A stretch of DNA of 64,000 nucleotides from contig CAMAVD010000003.1 of the NCBI GenBank assembly GCA_945861575.1, forward strand, positions 3,036 to 67,035, read 5' to 3'. The translations under genes were made by a program, and so were the position numbers. The notes under the pieces are model-generated. The model ran no database searches. It was not told where the DNA came from and worked only from the letters and a program-made list of their open reading frames with translations. This stretch comes from Akkermansia muciniphila. GTDB lineage: Bacteria; Verrucomicrobiota; Verrucomicrobiia; Limisphaerales; UBA11320. Positions 62,614 to 64,000 of the stretch are shown piece after piece; within the stretch, counting starts at the first letter, position 1, and every line of letters begins with the position of its first letter.

Positions 62614-63987
62614 TCAGATTCGTGTCAGGCGTCCGGTGGAGTCGCCGAACCGCTCCAACCCGGCCACGCCCATGCGGTCGGCGAGGCTTAGGAACAGATT
62701 GCTGGTGGGCTGTCGGGTCAGTTTTTCGTAGCGTCCCGTTTGCAGCGCACCTCCTCCTGCACCGGCCAGGACGATCGGAAGATTCGAATGGGTGTGGCGG
62801 TTGGCGTCGGCGTTGCCGCCGCCGTAAACGATCATCGAATTATGGAGCAGCGACTTCCCGTCCACATCCTTCACCGCGTCGAGCTTCTTGAGGAACTGGG
62901 AGAACTGGCGGGCGTACCATAGATCGATGGACGCCACTTTCTGCACCATGTCGGTTTTGTTCTGGTGATGGGACAGGTCGTGATGTCCTTCCGAGATCCC
63001 GATGTCGCCGAACGATCGGTTGCTGCCGTCGTGTGCCAGAAGCAGTGAGGCCACTCGAGTGGAATCGGTCTGAAACGCGAGCACCAGCATGTCATACATG
63101 ATTTGGATATGCTCGCCGTAATCCACCGGGATTCCCTCGGGTGCGGGTCGCGTTGGGTCTTGCGGCCGGCCCATCTTTTCGGCTTTCTGGATCCTCATCT
63201 CGACCTGACGAATTCCGGTAAGGTATTGGTCCAGCTTCTCCTTATCCCCTTTACCCAGTCGGCGCTGCATGGAGCGCGCGTCTGTCAGAACAAAATCCAG
63301 AATCGAGCGCTGCTCCTGTTGGCGTTGGCGCAGATGATTGCCCCGCGTGCCTGGGCTTCCTGAGCCGAAGAGCCGCTCGAATACTAGGCGCGGGTCCGCC
63401 TCAGGAGTCATGGGAGTCTTCGCAGAGCTCCAGGACAGGTTGAACTGGTAGGCGCAGGCATAGCCGGAGTCGCAGGCACCGGATTTGCGGATCGCATCGC
63501 AGGTGAGCTCCAGCGAGGGGAATCGGGTGAGATGTCCCACGTGGCTTGCGATGACCTGATCGATGGAAATGCCCGCGCGCAGATCGGTGGCACTTTTCTT
63601 GAGTCGAACGCCGGTAAGAAAGACGGAGTTTCCCCGGGCATGATCGCCTCCGCCATCAGCCCCTCCGTCAGCGTTTGCGTGCTCTAGTCCGCCCAGGATC
63701 TGGAGCGCATGGCGATGGGTCTCCAGCGGCTTCAGTGTCGGGCTCATCGTGAAATCGGTTCCGGGCTCGGTCGGCCACCAGGCCGACGGGATGGCGCCGT
63801 TGGGGAAGAAAAGAAAGGCGGTTCGCAGCGGAGCGCCGGAAGCCGTGACCCCAAGGCGGGCTGCCTTCTTCCGCTCAGCGGCGAGGAGGCTGACCGGTTG
63901 GAGGGATTCCAGGGCAGGGACGGCGATGGTAGCTCCCAGTCCGCGAAGGAAATTCCGACGGCTCAGACTGGCCAAACGTTCGCGCAT
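62614..63987 (-). CDS. DUF1552 domain protein with twin-arginine signal
   Basis: MRERLASLSRRNFLRGLGATIAVP (Tat motif) and the HHDLSHH signature of DUF1552. Confidence 0.9.
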   Translation of the reverse strand: MRERLASLSRRNFLRGLGATIAVPALESLQPVSLLAAERKKAARLGVTASGAPLRTAFLFFPNGAIPSAWWPTEPGTDFTMSPTLKPLETHRHALQILGGLEHANADGGADGGGDHARGNSVFLTGVRLKKSATDLRAGISIDQVIASHVGHLTRFPSLELTCDAIRKSGACDSGYACAYQFNLSWSSAKTPMTPEADPRLVFERLFGSGSPGTRGNHLRQRQQEQRSILDFVLTDARSMQRRLGKGDKEKLDQYLTGIRQVEMRIQKAEKMGRPQDPTRPAPEGIPVDYGEHIQIMYDMLVLAFQTDSTRVASLLLAHDGSNRSFGDIGISEGHHDLSHHQNKTDMVQKVASIDLWYARQFSQFLKKLDAVKDVDGKSLLHNSMIVYGGGNADANRHTHSNLPIVLAGAGGGALQTGRYEKLTRQPTSNLFLSLADRMGVAGLERFGDSTGRLTRI

Positions 63988-64000
63988 GCGGTTGTCGTGG

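Overview
GC-rich chromosomal segment that reads like a PVC-superphylum genome, most likely Verrucomicrobiota. This is an inference from hallmark families: PSCyt1 cytochrome domain, PVC-type dehydrogenase/HEAT/haem-binding protein, a twin-arginine DUF1552 protein, DUF1080 and ThuA. I support about 50 protein genes, mostly housekeeping and envelope functions. They include a two-subunit class I fumarase, a Fe-ADH/GATase operon, a phoU-pstSCAB operon with two pstB copies, ispF, a sigma-54 activator, an aldehyde dehydrogenase, xth, glcD/glcF, orphan cheA, recF, a haem-c chemoreceptor, an ABC/GldG/DUF4340/AsmA-like operon, orphan nuoC, phnW-rfbA-rfbD-like-rfbB, CotH, a PQQ-type propeller and DUF1552. 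I found no rRNA, tRNA or CRISPR. The most interesting candidates are: (1) an octahaem lipoprotein cytochrome followed by a PSCyt1 domain fused to a barrel-like protein, resembling a porin-cytochrome electron conduit; (2) a translationally coupled five-gene ABC/GldG/DUF4340/AsmA-like envelope operon; (3) PhoU fused to a catalytically dead LMW-PTP/ArsC domain, next to a degenerate second PstB; (4) a 271-bp MITE-like element with perfect 13-bp terminal inverted repeats and a 9-bp target duplication, carrying a truncated four-helix-bundle gene; (5) two dispersed structured repeat families plus several short tandem oligomer arrays in intergenic DNA. All family calls come from reading motifs by eye and from memory of family consensus sequences. 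No searches were run, and start codons are often uncertain. Many long ORFs in the track are antisense shadows typical of GC-rich DNA.
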